A stretch of 53,565 nt of DNA, the filler included, from Sphacelaria rigidula (lineage: Eukaryota), in NCBI GenBank assembly GCA_964200075.2. It is 4 parts of 4 records of this genome, joined end to end, with 100 filler letters (N's around TTAATTAATTAA, not from the genome) between each part and the next. Parts side by side here need not be neighbours in the genome. Positions count along the whole stretch, not along the records: positions 1 to 13,320 come from CAXNAA020002968.1; 3 more parts are not named here. One strand, given 5' to 3'. The notes under the pieces are model-generated. The model saw only the letters and a program-made list of their open reading frames with translations. It was not told the origin of the DNA and did no database searches. Made by a program: the position numbers and the translations under genes. Of this stretch, positions 1 to 12,699 are shown piece after piece (positions within the stretch are counted from its first letter, which is position 1; every line of letters starts with the position of its first letter).

Positions 1-112
1 CCCGCGTGCCCCGTCCCGGCGTTGGGAGGATGCGAGCTCAATTGTCTTCGGCCTATGGCGTGCATGATCATGAGTACCCCCCCCCCCCCGCACGCGCTCT
101 CCGTGTCCTCGG

Positions 113-218
113 GTCGAGTCCGTGGTCTCTGAGAATTAACCCATCTTTGCCTGGGTACCTACGTAACATTTTGTTGTCAGGGAATGGATCCGAGTTCTCT
201 CACCCCGTCGACTCTCGT
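113..218 (-). repeat. Family B-related 3' fragment
   Basis: GAGTCCGTGGTCTC core and CACCCCGTCGACTCT end match the other copies. Confidence 0.45.
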
Positions 219-1760
219 TGAACTTTCTTCGATGCTCACGTCCTTGTACAACAACGAAGACCAGTTTCTGCCGGGAAACACGCGTGTGCTTCGGCATTCG
301 AATCTACAGCAGTCCTCCTCAACCGGCTTTTTATCCACGAGCTTTACGACTGGGGCCCAGCGACTTATTTAGGCCGTGGCGACAAGCTGTTCACACCCCG
401 GCACGTATGCATGTGCTCGGTTACGTTCCCAGTACGAAGCGATATCATCGCAGACGTGTCTTGCTCATGAGGACTTGGAATACCTACGAGCTGGGCCAGC
501 CTGGAAACAGGTTCAAAATGTCACAGCTATACCTCATCGACGCGGATGAATTGGGCTTCGATCCGCACATCTTGGTAACCTTCTAATCAAGAGGCGGGTG
601 CTCTTCTACTCAACAGCCCGGTCATATGCTTCCTCGTTGAATAAACGCTATGTCTAGTCAATCCCTTGACGTTCGGAGGTACCTCGATACTAAAAAGGAT
701 ATACGAAACCTCGTCACAACATGAAGCATGCATGGGTGACGCTGGGTTTAGGTGTGAATCTTGCTTGGGGCACGAGGGAGCAATTGATACCCTCATTTTC
801 GCCCACTCTCCTTCACTGAATCAGCTATCTATCGAGGAATATGGGGCGCATAAGATCACATACTATATTTACGATATTACGAGAAGTGGCAGTAGATTTC
901 ACCGCGCTATATCACACCATATTTCGATTTAGCAGCTCAGTTCTAAAAGGTGTGCTTTGAAACTTGGTATGGGGTACCCCAGGGACATGGCGAAAACAAG
1001 CACTGCAGTTCATCTGGATTTTTCATCGTGAGTAAAGGGCGTCTCCGCAAAATTTGGATCTTGTTCTTGATCCTCAACTCACGGAAAGAGACATTAAACT
1101 GATCCACAGTGATCGCTTTCGTCATGCCCCTGCGATACTACATCCAAATTTCGAAGCGCAACTCTCAAAGCTCATCTGCTTCACCCAGTTTCACGCACAG
1201 ATTCGTGTATAAACTGGCCTAGCTTGTAGTGTTGAGTCATGTTTGAGAGCTGTTCAGGCCATGAAAGACAAGCAGAGCTAGTGTGCATGGCAGCTATTTT
1301 GTAGGATTTTCCTCATGTAAAACCCTGCCCGCACGGTTGCTTGATTGTTACGGTGCAAGACTGTGTTAGCCCTTCAGCCCATATGGGGCGGTCGTGTCGC
1401 CAGCTCCGGGTCCTCGTGATAACTGCGCGCTCACTTGCATTTTGGGTTGAGCACGTGCTGCCTATATATCCACAGAAGGTTAGCCCCTGACCACTGACGC
1501 TTTTTCGAGTGCTATTATCGCCTACATCTTGGGTCACGTTCGCCCGGAAAAGCGACAGCTGCCGCTTGGGCATCGATCACAGTTTGTGCAATATATCCCC
1601 CTGTTGTTCCATCGCTCGGACATTGTCCTTGAACCTACACGCTTACCCGATGAGAATCATCATCCAACCACCACGTACGGAGGACATTCCTAGGCTACCG
1701 CTACCTCGAGTTGTCTCTACACAATCAATGTTTGACCGGCTTTGATGACCGTACGCGCGT

Positions 1761-1788
1761 GCACACACACACACACACACACACACAC
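1761..1788. repeat. (CA)n microsatellite
   Basis: Read directly from the sequence. Confidence 0.9.
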
Positions 1789-1909
1789 GAAGAGAACTCT
1801 GCTCGGCGCCGCGATATCGGCTTCAAGGCTTGGGAAGGGCGGAGGTGAAGCTGTGTTCGCCCACCTCTCCATCCGTCCATGCTTCGGCGTACCTTTGCCG
1901 TTGGTGCAG

Positions 1910-4900
1910 GTGTATTTCAGCAGAGAGGCGGAGCTGAGAGCTTTTAAGAGGCTGGCGGCACGCGGGCTGGGGCCGAAGCTGTTGGCCACTTTTGAGGATG
2001 GCAGAGTAGAAGAGTTTCTTGAGGGCCAAGTGAGTCAACTCGTGCGCATTTTGCGGTTTACCTTTTCCAGGAGCAAAAGTAGTCTGGTGTCATTAACGAC
2101 AATATTAATTATCCCACGTGCTATGGTGCTATTTTCGACACGTTGCTCGGTGAAAACGTGCGTTCAAGATTTTACCCTGAAAGATAGCAGCGCCACCTAC
2201 AACGCTAACAAATGTGTGCGTTCGACGGCCGTACATTCCCGGGCGCCGCGGGCCCCTTTCGAGACATCCGTCCTGCTCGTTGGCCGGGTGCAGGGTGGCG
2301 CGGGCAGGGCGGGATTGTGCTTCTCGAGTACCTCGTTGCCTATTTCCCCGATCTAGCGCTCTTGTCTCACTTATGGATCGCCCCGGTGGCTCAGATGGTA
2401 ACCTCGAAAATTTCTGACGGTTGGGTCGTGGGATCGAATATCCGTGCAGTCCCACGATCTGGGATTTTTCCCCACACGATGCTCGACAATGGAGAACGCC
2501 TGTGTTGTGTGCACACAAAATTCGACTCCACGGTCGACGAGGGAAGGGGACTCCTGAACCCCCCTCGCGATAAAACACCGCAGAAGGAAGGTGGAGTACC
2601 AAGACAAAATAAAAAGAAGAATCTTCTGTGTTGACTTTCCTCCTGTGTGACCCCGGCTGATGCGCCCACATATACCGAACGGTGTAGGCTGGCGTCCAGA
2701 ATAGATGGGATGGCATCACACACAACAACACAAGCACGTTTCCAATTCGTCACATTCATGGGCAAACCAAATAATTTTCCGGAGATGGGATTTCGGCCTA
2801 CCGTCGCTGAGTTTCGTTGCGCAGCCCTTCGAACGGAGACGCGTGCCGCGGGCGGAGTGCTCGTTGCCAGGCAGGGTGTCAGTAGGTACCTTGAACCATT
2901 GAAATGATGGTAGATTTACCTCTGTAGCACCGAGAGAAAAACGGAAGTAAAGTTGCGAATGTTTGTCGTGTTTCGTTCCAGAGATCCAGCACAGGTCATT
3001 CCGTACTCTCGCGGGCGAAAGAGATGTCACGACACAAAATTCGAAAGAGCGCACGTACCTCCAACGGAGGAGGGGTTGCTACGCCATCAGCGGACCAGCA
3101 AGCCGATATGTGCCATGAAATGATGCAAAAGAATGCGCACACCCTCCACCAGCAACTTGGTCCGTTAGTGATTTTGTACCGATCTCATGTTGTCGTGTGC
3201 TGCCTGTCCCCAACCTGACAGGCTCTCCACGCAGAAGACATGCGGCGCCCAGATATCTCTATTCTTGTAGCACGGTGCGCCACAGGGGAACGGCTAGGAT
3301 TGACAAGATGGACGATCGGGCAGGCTCGTAGTACTGAAATATCGAAAACAAACTTCATCGCCATATTTATATAGCTTTATTACGTTTAGATGCGGTGATT
3401 GAGGGAATCGTGGCCCAGCTTGTAGTCAAACTCGGGGTATGCCCCCGAGGACTTCTTTGTGCCTGAAACTGTCCCGATACTACTTTCATCAAACGCATTT
3501 TTCAGCAGGGATTTGCGTTGTTAACTCCTTGTTTGTGGAGTTGTCAATTCTCTACCCCCCCATTCCTCCTCCCCACACCGGTCCCCTTCCCGCCTGATCT
3601 CACGTTGCTGAATAGTTTTATCATTGCCGCTTGTTACCGTTGCATCAAGAGTTGATTAGTCGCCGCCGCTACCCCAAGGTACGGTAGTGGGCGGTCTAAT
3701 TATTTAGCGGGGTTTTCGGGTATTCCTCGCGTTCTAGTCTTTGATAGAACTCGAAATTGCTAGCGTCGGTAGCTTTTGGTACAAAAAAGAGATCATCCTC
3801 GAAACACAGTGCCCAAGTCAGTGCTAGTTGGTGTTATCGGGCGAAACGATTAAATATCCCGTTCATCAGGAGGGTGTTATTGACCGTGAAACACGGTTTT
3901 TCGGCTCTAGTGCAATGAGTAGGCAAAATCTCAAAGAAATGAAACTGTGCATTTATTTAGAAATATGATCGGGACAGGCTCGACCGACCGAAAATACCGA
4001 AAAGTAAGAATCTGGGCTGAAACGTCGCGGGACCCCCGATGACTGCTCAGCCCGTAAGTCACTCAATATTGAGTGCAGATGATTTTTATTTCTTGGAATG
4101 TGGAGCGGATACAAATATCTTCAAACCCCCAATGTGATAAGCGGTGGCAAGCGAAAAGAGCCCAAGAAAATCGCCAATCACGAAGAAATCACAAAATGCC
4201 TCAAAATAAATAGTTTGACCGCCCACTACTGTATAGGAAGGGCGTCTACAGGGTCTGCCAAGCCGTGATGCGTTGAGACTAGTTAACGGGCAGGTCGGAT
4301 AGCGTATACTCACTTCTCGTTATTTTTTTAAAAGTCATATTCTCAGTACCCAAAATTTGGGTAGAGAGCTTGAGATCGTACGGTACCCAATCTACCCAAA
4401 TTTTGGGTGGAGTACTGAGGCCATACCCAAGTGATGGTCTACACTCAAGTATTACTTGATGTACCTACGACCCAATATTGGGTAGAGTATTTGGGGTTGT
4501 ACTCAATCTACCCAAAAATTGGGTAGAGTATTTGAGGTCATACCCAACCTACCCCAAAAATTGGGTAGAGCATTTGAGGTCATACTCAATCTACCCAAAG
4601 TTTGGATGAAGGATTCGAGGTCGTACCCAATCTACCCAACCGTTGAGTGGAGCATTTGAGGTCAAACCCAATCTACCCCAAATCTGGGTAGAGTGTTGAG
4701 GTCATACACAAGTGATACTCTATACTCAGGCATAGCTAAGAGAGCTTACCCAATATTGGGTAGAGTATTTGAGGTCGTACCCAATCTACCCAAATATGGG
4801 TAGAATACTTGAGGTCGTACCCAATCCACCCAAAAGTTGGGTAGAATACTTGAGGTCATACCCAATCTACCCAAAATTTGGGTAGAGTAGATGAGGTCGG

Positions 4901-7900
4901 AACCAATATATCAAAGCCTTGGGTATGACTTCAGTATTCAATTTCGTACTCAAAGCGCCTATAAAGCACGGACCACCGGGGCCTGTTTTGAGGTCAGGTC
5001 CATCACTCCTGACCCTCTCGTGCCTTTATATGTTGTTTCCCCTCGTCGCTGTTTCGGTGCTCCTACATCTACCACCGTTTCCACCGCTGGGTCCCCCATA
5101 GAGGAGTCAGATGTACGGGCCCGTAAAGTCGCTCATTTTTACGATACCTACCTGACTACCCGTTTACTTGATTACCCGATGATGATGGGTTGCGCTTTGT
5201 ACTGAAACTGTTATCCAAGAGGGTCCTAAGTATGAAGTATGGGTATGGGTATGTACTACTGCCGGGGATGGGGCAGGTAGGTTCATTCACCTCCACGTTG
5301 TTGTGGTTGTTCAGTGGCAACCGTTCGCTCATACTCATCGCAGCCTGTGGCGTTACTCATCTCATCTCATTGATGGCCACCGTTTGCCCATATATTCGAC
5401 ATAGTCTGTGAAGTGACGTCACGAAGTCGCCAACGGTTACGGTTACTCACCATACCCAAGTGACATTCTATACCTGAGTATTTGTGAGATGGCTTTTGGG
5501 TAGAGTATTTGAGGTCGTACTCAATCTACCCAAAATTTGGGTAGAGTATTGAGGTCATGCCCAAGTGATGCTATCCACTCAAGTATTACTGAGAGTACTT
5601 ACCCAATGTTGGGTGGAGTATTTGAGGTCGTACTCAATATACCAAAAAATTGGGTAGATTATTGAGGTCATACCCAAGTCAAGTGATACTCTATACCCAG
5701 GTATTGCTAAGAGTGCTTACCCAAAATTTGGGTAGAGAATTGAGGTCGTACCCCATGTATCCAACTGTTGGGTACAGTAAATACCCGGGTATTTTTACTC
5801 GGGCATTCAAAAGTACATACCCTACCCGACCTGCCCTTGCACCAATTGCTCACACGTTTCGTCAACGTGGCCATGGAGTAGGCCATAGTCACAAGCGGAC
5901 CGCTGTCCTACTCTTGTGCTTCTACAAGGACTTGTGCGGTGCACGATGGCGTTCACGTCATGCTGGAGGTAGATTTCTTCGCCCTAGGGAACCCACCTAA
6001 AACATCTCATTACTTTGTCTTGGTCGGGGCGCAGGCACGGGGTACTCGCCGGTTTTGTGTTGATCATGTTTCATCCCATGGTGTACGCGTGGATATTTCC
6101 GTTTCCGGTCCGTCTTGGGCTGATTTTGGTTTCGTGCGTGTTTGTGCGACGTTTCATTTTGAGGTCGCGCAGACGATTGGCAGGGCTGCATGCTGTCGAC
6201 TTGGATGGCGTCAGCCGAACCCCCACCATCTTCTCCACGCTTCAAGTGAGAACCACAACCGTTGTAAAGGAAAAAAAGGCCACATGGCCACTATTTGGTT
6301 CGTACAGCATTGTTTCGTGTTTTCCATTTGGCGCGTTTGGCGTCTTTTTATCCCGGTCAAATGTCGAGGTTTCGGGTAGCAAATAGGCGAATCCCGATAT
6401 TCCCTCCATTTGGTAAAGATCTTTATGCGCTCAGAGACACAATACCGTCTTTGTATTTTGCGTGCATATGCACGGGGGAAAAGCTGCCTTTCAGTAGCTA
6501 GAAGTCAAGTATTCCTGTCGCACTTGCAGGATAGGCCTTCTTGCCCTGGAAGCAAGTCTTCTTTGATTGTTTCATGCGTAACCCCTCGGCGACCCAGGGG
6601 CAGACCGGGTGTTCTTGTCCGTCTACCGAAACAGTGCAGCCCCAACAATTGCTTCGTTTCCCCACTGATCGCGGATTGCAGGATTTTTATCAGAAGACCG
6701 TTGATGTATGCGGTGCGTCGCACGGAGGAGTGGACATCCTTGATCTCGGAAGACTTGTTGCACGTTTACAGGAACGATTAGAAAACGGGGTGAAGTCGAA
6801 GATCGTCTTCTGCCACAACGATCTCCAGGTAATGAAGAGCGGTGTCGCTGTCGTCATGCTGAGCAGGTATGGGTAGGTGTATCGGCGGTAGTTGCATGGT
6901 AGTTGGTTCTTAGCTTCTGTCAGAGGGGAGGCTCTTCTCGGCTTCACTATTGTTGTAGTCGTCGTGTGAAATTGACACCACCCGCTCCTTGCTCTTGTTG
7001 AAAGGTCCATCTGTTGGATTTCTCTCATGGGTCAACGTCAACAACAGTTCGATCTTTATGGTCAAGGCGTGTTTTCCCTGCAGAGGATCCAGGATCAATG
7101 GATGAGTCAATGGTCCCGACTGGCGGGGTGACCGTGCTGTGCAGGACGTACGCGGCATTTTATGGGGTGTGCCCGCGCGTGTGGCGCCTGCGGTTCAAAA
7201 ACCTATGTTGAAGTTCATGTCTCTTCTCTGTGCGCACCCAACGCAAGTATTTTCCTTGTATTTGATCGTGATAGCATCGAACAATGCGCTGTAGCCGAAT
7301 TTTTCTAGTCTGCGTAGGAAGCAGTGCACCCGCGGCAGCGGTCAACGGCTTAGCATCCAGCCGAGCCCTAACCTGCTGACGTATTTCGTGTATTACCCGC
7401 GGCAACGAGCTAGACAGATATGGGTAAGTTATGTTTCGAACGCCATCTTCGTTTAACCAGCTCAAGCGCCGCCGTCCCTCCCTTGTTGAATATTTTTAGT
7501 TGAGTCATGCAGTCCCGACAAGAATTGAATTTTCGAGGCAGCTACACACTTCTCACATGTCCAACACGCACGTACACATTCAAACCCAAGGGTTTAGATC
7601 GTACACCTCCTCTGATGCCCTCGGAAGCGCGCTGCGCTGGCCGCCCGAAGACCACCGCACCCCGGCGCCAAACGCAACCCNNNNNNNNNNGAGGGCCAAC
7701 GGGCTCTTCCGCTTCACCCCACGGGGTTTAACTTTCCCCCCGGCCCTCGAACCCCCCCCCCCCCCCCCCCCCCCCCCCACAGTCCGGAAACATAATGTAT
7801 AACAAGGTCACACCTTGCGTGACGGCGCTGCAGCCAGCTGTAAGAGCATCACAAGCACCCGCGGGTGAGGATTCCGAGTGCGGGAAAGTAGCTGCGCAAC

Positions 7901-10878
7901 TCCCACCTCCTCCGGGCGGCCCGACCCTCATCCTCTCCGCGTCGCCTACACTTCCCTCCACCGCCGCGGAGCGCCTGTGCCTCATAGACTACGAGTACTC
8001 GGGGTATAACCCGAGAGGGTTCGACGTGGGGAATCACTTTTGCGAGTGGATGGCAGACTACGAGCAAGCCGAACCGCACTTCTTGACGTTCGACAGCTAC
8101 CCCGGCGACGATGACAAGCGGAGGTTCTCTCGGGCGTACCTGGGGGCTACACTCGGGGTGCGTTTTTAATTTCAACGAGCGCGACACAAAGGAGGACGTG
8201 TGTGGTCGTGCGGTTGCTTGATTTTTGTTTTTCCTCGCACTTTTAACCTCTCCCCTTCCTCAGGATGAGTCCGTCGTCTCAAGGGATCGACCCACCTCTC
8301 CCCCGGCACGCGCCTTGCATTTTGGTCTCACGGATTGGGTCGGCACTTCCGCACCGCGTCAATTCACGTCTCACAAATCCAGTCGACTACTTTCTTTACT
8401 CACCGTCTCACGCTTTCCACCGTAGAAATCATACATCACGAAGAAAAAACCCAACGCATCGGGATTTGAACCCTTTTCCTCCCCACCCGAATGGCGACAG
8501 TCAGACAGTTACGCCCACGGGTCGCGGCGGCATAAGGAACAGCACCAGGGCTTTCCACGTGGTCCCCCACCGTAGTACTAGCCTGCCCCGACGCCGCTTG
8601 AGTTCTCAGAGCGGACGGGATGTGGTGCGATCGACGTGGTATGGCCGTTCCTAGTGGGCGGTTGCTTGACTCTTGTCAATATCTCGCTTTTGCCGCAACC
8701 ATGTAGGTCGTACAATGATACAACTGAAGCCATCAGATCAAAAGAATAAAGGTTCATTTTCCAACAAATGCCATTATTTTTGTTTGGAAAAGTGTGCGTC
8801 ATGAAAAATGCAAGGACGCAAGTAGCAAGCAAGATGTATTCGACTAGAGTCGACGCGGTGCGGGAGTGCTGATGGTCATGATCCAATACACGATACGAAA
8901 ATGCAAGACGTGTACTGGGGGAGAGAGGAGTCGGGCCGTTGAGATCCCTGAGACCACGGACTCGTCGAGTACGGGGAAGGGTTGAAAATGTGATATAAAA
9001 GAAAGAATATGGAGACCTAGGAGAGAGAGTGGAAGGGAATTGTCACAGGCTAGCGGCCTGCTTGTGGCGCGATCTTGGATGTATGACAATCGCGATGAAA
9101 TTTCGGACTTTCATGTTGCACATGAGAGCGTTGTCGAAATACTGCCTTGATGCTGAATAACACGCCGTGGTTCTGTAACCATGTACAAGTACTAAATTTC
9201 TACTTGCCCCAAGGCTGCACCGAGACATGGACGTTCACGAGCTCTCGTTCACTTGTAGGTTTCGAATACCGAATGGATGTTCGCGGCGTCTGTGAATCAC
9301 GTCCGGAAAATACCAGTCGTTCTGGGGTGGTTACTCTCGTCCCCGTTGTACCCACACTGCACTCGTACATCCGTCGTGTGACTCATGTTTTGCACCGCGC
9401 AGCAGCCCATTTGTGATCCACTGGTCGGCTCAGGATGCGTCTCATTTATTCGTCAAACGGAAAGCACATTCAGCCGCACCTGCCCATTTTCTCAAGGTCA
9501 AGGGGTTGAGAACGTCCTCGCCACGCATTTATACATCCCCTTCAGTTGAATGTACCTCATGTCGGAGCGTTTTCGTTCTTATTTTTCTTCAACTTTTTTC
9601 TGTTGCAGGTCCCAGACATAGACGTGAGCCCGGAGGAAGTGGACCACCTGGTGGTGGAGGCCGACGCCTACTCCCTAGCGTCACATCTCATGTGGGCGTT
9701 TTGGGCGCTACTCCAGTCGAAAGTGAGGGTTTTATGTTCGCGGTTCGAAAACCATAAAGCCATGGTGAAGGTCTTAATTTGCATGTTCCGTGAACCTCTG
9801 CAACCCGCCTTATGCCGAGAGAGCGGGCCCTGATCGTCCCGCATTGTGTCGAGCTCGCTATCTGTTCTGTACTTAATGGGTGGCCTTATGGAGGCGAGGT
9901 ATTCTCGAAACGCAACTCCATTTTGCTGGTCAGCCTCTATCGCTGTGCGAAGCTGTGTGATCATGACCTCTACTGTGATTCGCGCTGCTTCTGTGTGGAA
10001 TGTCGTTGCACTCCCACGAGGCTGGCCCGAGTTCGTTGGTTGTTGCTGTCTGTTGTAGTCATTTTTGAGCATAAAGCTTCGCGTTCGGAGAAACATCTGG
10101 TTCACTCCGCCTTTCATCGTGCCAGCATTGTTTCGGCAGAGCCTTGCATTGAGCCGTATGTGGTGGTCAGCGAGAAACTGGTTTGAATTGATTGATCCCT
10201 TGTCGCACATGGATCGTTCCCGTAAAAATGTAGCCATCGATACGAGATGGATGCGCCGAAACGAAAGAGCATGGCCGAAAATACTTCCAGGAGAAGATGG
10301 ACATAGTAGATCAACATAACATATACGTCGAGCTGATAATTAAGACTGACCCCGAGAATACCGCCGATATGCTCCCGTCAAGATTAGTCAAGTGCATCTC
10401 GAGTTTCCCCTTATGTTATGTGCTGTAGTTTGTATCAGTATGCTGTAACTACGTCAATTCGCCCTTTCAGGCACCAGACCACCTTGCAATCATAGGGATA
10501 TTTTGAAGATCTAATCGTCGATTAACTCTTGTTTTGTCTTGCAGATGAGTTGAACATGTGTGTGAAGCACGACTGTTGGTATGGTGACGAGCTGCTCGAT
10601 CTTCTTTCTTGGGACAAACCAATGCAAGAGTGGCATGGTACTGATCACTAAAGCAAAAGCCGCGCCTCCCCAGGTGCTATCGGTGACGATTTATATTTCG
10701 AGAGTGAGCTCGTCTCGCTAACCGACGCCTCCCACTTCCTCCACTCCGTCCATCCGTACATCAGGGTGACGCCGTCGCGCCAGGGTTCGACTATGCCAGA
10801 TATGCAGCGGAGCGCATACGGGCGTATCATCACTTTGAGGGGCAGTTCTTGCCCGCGGCACAGAGGCCAAAGCCGTGA
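1910..10878 (+). CDS. Choline/ethanolamine kinase, 5'-partial, 7 exons
   Basis: GT-AG exons splice in frame: 1910-2029 (VYFSREAELRAFKRLAARGLGPKLLATFEDGRVEEFLEGQ), 3222-3274 (ALHAEDMRRPDISILVAR), 6173-6245 (RLAGLHAVDLDG..), 6682-6828 (..IVFCHNDLQ), 7783-8157 (SGNIM..LCLIDYEYSGYNPRGFDVGNHFCEW..), 9609-9722 (..ASHLMWAFWALLQSK), 10765-10878 (..GFDYARYAAERIRAY..TGA). The Brenner motif (CHNDLQSGNIM) and choline-kinase motif (IDYEY..FDVGNHFCEW) are intact. No N-terminal exons were found in the window. Confidence 0.92.
2380..2732 (+). mobile_element. tRNA-derived SINE, family A
   Basis: Head GCCCCGGTGGCTCAGATGG (A box) and GGATCGAAT (B box). The conserved 3' body (TTCCTCCTGTGTGACCCCGGCTGATGCGCCCACA) is followed by a CA-rich tail. 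Three more copies occur in the window. Confidence 0.8.
4288..5836. mobile_element. Non-autonomous TIR element (or two adjacent ones) with tandem palindromic arrays
   Basis: Ends GGGCAGGTCGGATAGCGTAT (4288) and ATACCCTACCCGACCTGCCC (5836) are imperfect inverted repeats. Arrays of about 40-bp units (GAGGTCGTACCCAATCTACCCAAAATTTGGGTAGAGTATTT) lie at about 4345-4930 and 5450-5780. Confidence 0.65.
8222..8520 (-). mobile_element. SINE-like element, family B
   Basis: B-box-like GGGTTCAAATCCC on the minus strand at about 8461-8473. The 3' part, with core GAGTCCGT(C/G)GTCTC, is shared with 8843-9000, 113-218 and 18452-18560. Confidence 0.55.
8843..9000 (+). repeat. Family B 3' fragment, inverted relative to 8222-8520
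   Basis: Reverse complement aligns by eye with 8240-8370. Confidence 0.6.
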
Positions 10879-11219
10879 TTTTCGTGCAATTTGTTCCCTT
10901 TGAACTAGAGTCCGAGTGACCGGTCGAACGAGGCACAGTCGATTGATGAAACTGCGACAGTCGGAGCGTTCATGGTCAATTATGTATTTTGGGTGTTGGA
11001 GATGGAAAGTGTCAGGGGGGTTTTAATTCTGTCGTTTTTGTCAGCGTCCTGGAGCAAAGAGGGTTCTGCGGCATGGTTCTTCTCAGTCGGGTAACAGAGG
11101 CAGGCACAGCCGCAATCATCAAATGTAACGCTTAAGGTTCAAGAGATGAGTATGTACATCGGCCTCGGCTTTGCACGGAATTGATCTTAACCGGCATGGA
11201 CAAGAAACGTTGCACACTT

Positions 11220-11580
11220 CGGACGAGCACCAGTATGACTCGTGGCACTCGCACTCGTTCGGCTACTCGTGGGCACCTTTTGGAGGTCCTCGAGCACTAG
11301 AGTCATTTCTTGTGGTGGGAAAAAAAGTTAGGATGAGTCCTCGAATTATTGCTCGTCGTGGAGAAAATTAGTAGGGCGAGCACTCGAGTAGTTGGTCGTG
11401 GTGGAAAAAAGTAACAGGGCGAGCAGTCGAGCCATTGGTCATGGTGAAAACAATTGGTAGGGCGAGCAGTCGAGTCATTGCTCGTTGTAAAATAAGTTGA
11501 TACTTCGAGCACACGAGTCATTATTGCTTGTGGTGGGAAAATATAAGATTCGAGCACACGAGTCACTGCTCGTGGTGAAC
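11220..11580. repeat. Degenerate ~34-bp tandem array (MITE-like family)
   Basis: Repeats of CGAGCAC(T/A)CGAGTCATTGCTCGTGGTGG(G)AAAA. The start of the element recurs at 12199-12320. Confidence 0.6.
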
Positions 11581-12198
11581 GACTTAAGTGGAAGAGTCAG
11601 CAATCCGAGGAGTGAATAATATTAATGAGCTATGCCCGAAGATCTTGAACCTAGAATCTTGAAGTTTACATGCATATCTGCATATGTACTGTACAAGCGT
11701 CAAGCTTCAAAGCAGACCAGGGTGGTATCCCACGTCGCAAATCATGTACTGGCTGGACGTTGTTTTCAGACTGTGCTTCCTTCACAGTCGCGCCAGAAAA
11801 CCTGGCGCATGTGCAAGGTATCTTGTGTGTAGAAGGTATACCAAGCAGAACAACGTCGACATGGCACGTATTGTACTCCAAAATCGTTAAATAAAACACC
11901 CGATATGCTGGGATGTGCATCGTCTCGAGCAAACAAGCTGAACCGTGCAGGCAGTAGGTGCGAGTGGGTGCTACAACGAGAAATAAATGCGCATCCGATG
12001 TGAACCGTGAATATATCTGTGAGAAATCACCAGCGATGCCCCGCTCATGCGGCACGGCCAGCTTCCTAACGCGTGACAGTGTGTCTCTCATCACACGGGC
12101 GGAGCCGCACTAACGAATGCTGGGAGTCTGCGGTGGTGTGGAGTATTGTACAAGCAGGAAAGCCGTAGCCGCCAACATCACAGTAAGGAAGCACTTGT

Positions 12199-12320
12199 CG
12201 GACGAGCACGAGTATGGCCCGAAGCACTCGCACTCGTTCGGCTGCTCATTGGCCGTTTTTGGAGGTCCTCGAGCACTCTAGTCATTGCTCGTGGTGGGAA
12301 AATTAATAGGGCGAGTACCC
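12199..12320. repeat. Second, truncated copy of the 11220-11580 family
   Basis: GGACGAGCAC..GCACTCGCACTCGTTCGGCT..TGGAGGTCCTCGAGCACT is shared with 11221-11305. Confidence 0.6.
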
Positions 12321-12699
12321 GTCTGGGGTTGGTTGTGTCGGGGTGGGATAACCCCATCGGCAACACAACCAATAGCTCTAAGTAAGGGAGGGTAAGTTGA
12401 CCTACTGGCTTGCCTGCGTTTTGTGTCAGTGGTGATACAACACACAGTCTAGGGAGTGGGTCATGCCGACAGTGCTGACGTGCAGGCTCGATCCTGCAGG
12501 TTCGGAGTTCTACCCTAGAATGGGAACCACATTGAACCCCGCAGCTGCAGCTTTTTACCCGGTGTTGAAACACTGTCACGCAAAGCACGTCGATGGAGAT
12601 GAGGTACGTGTGAGTAAGCGTCAGATTTGGCGGACTGTAGATAGGGATGGGGAGGCTGAACCCTCCCCGCGAGACCAACAAGCAAGATAAGTACCGTGA

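Noticed and set aside
220-1740. Upstream choline kinase exons or a decayed retroelement
   Set aside because: No convincing kinase or reverse-transcriptase motif was found in any frame by eye.
4345-5780. CRISPR-like array of palindromic repeats
   Set aside because: Units are contiguous and degenerate with no unique spacers. There are no cas genes and the context is a eukaryotic intron.
8262-8290. Hammerhead ribozyme (GATGAGTCCGT resembles the core; also CTGATGAG near 17046)
   Set aside because: No complete CUGANGA..stem II..GAAA arrangement could be built at either site.
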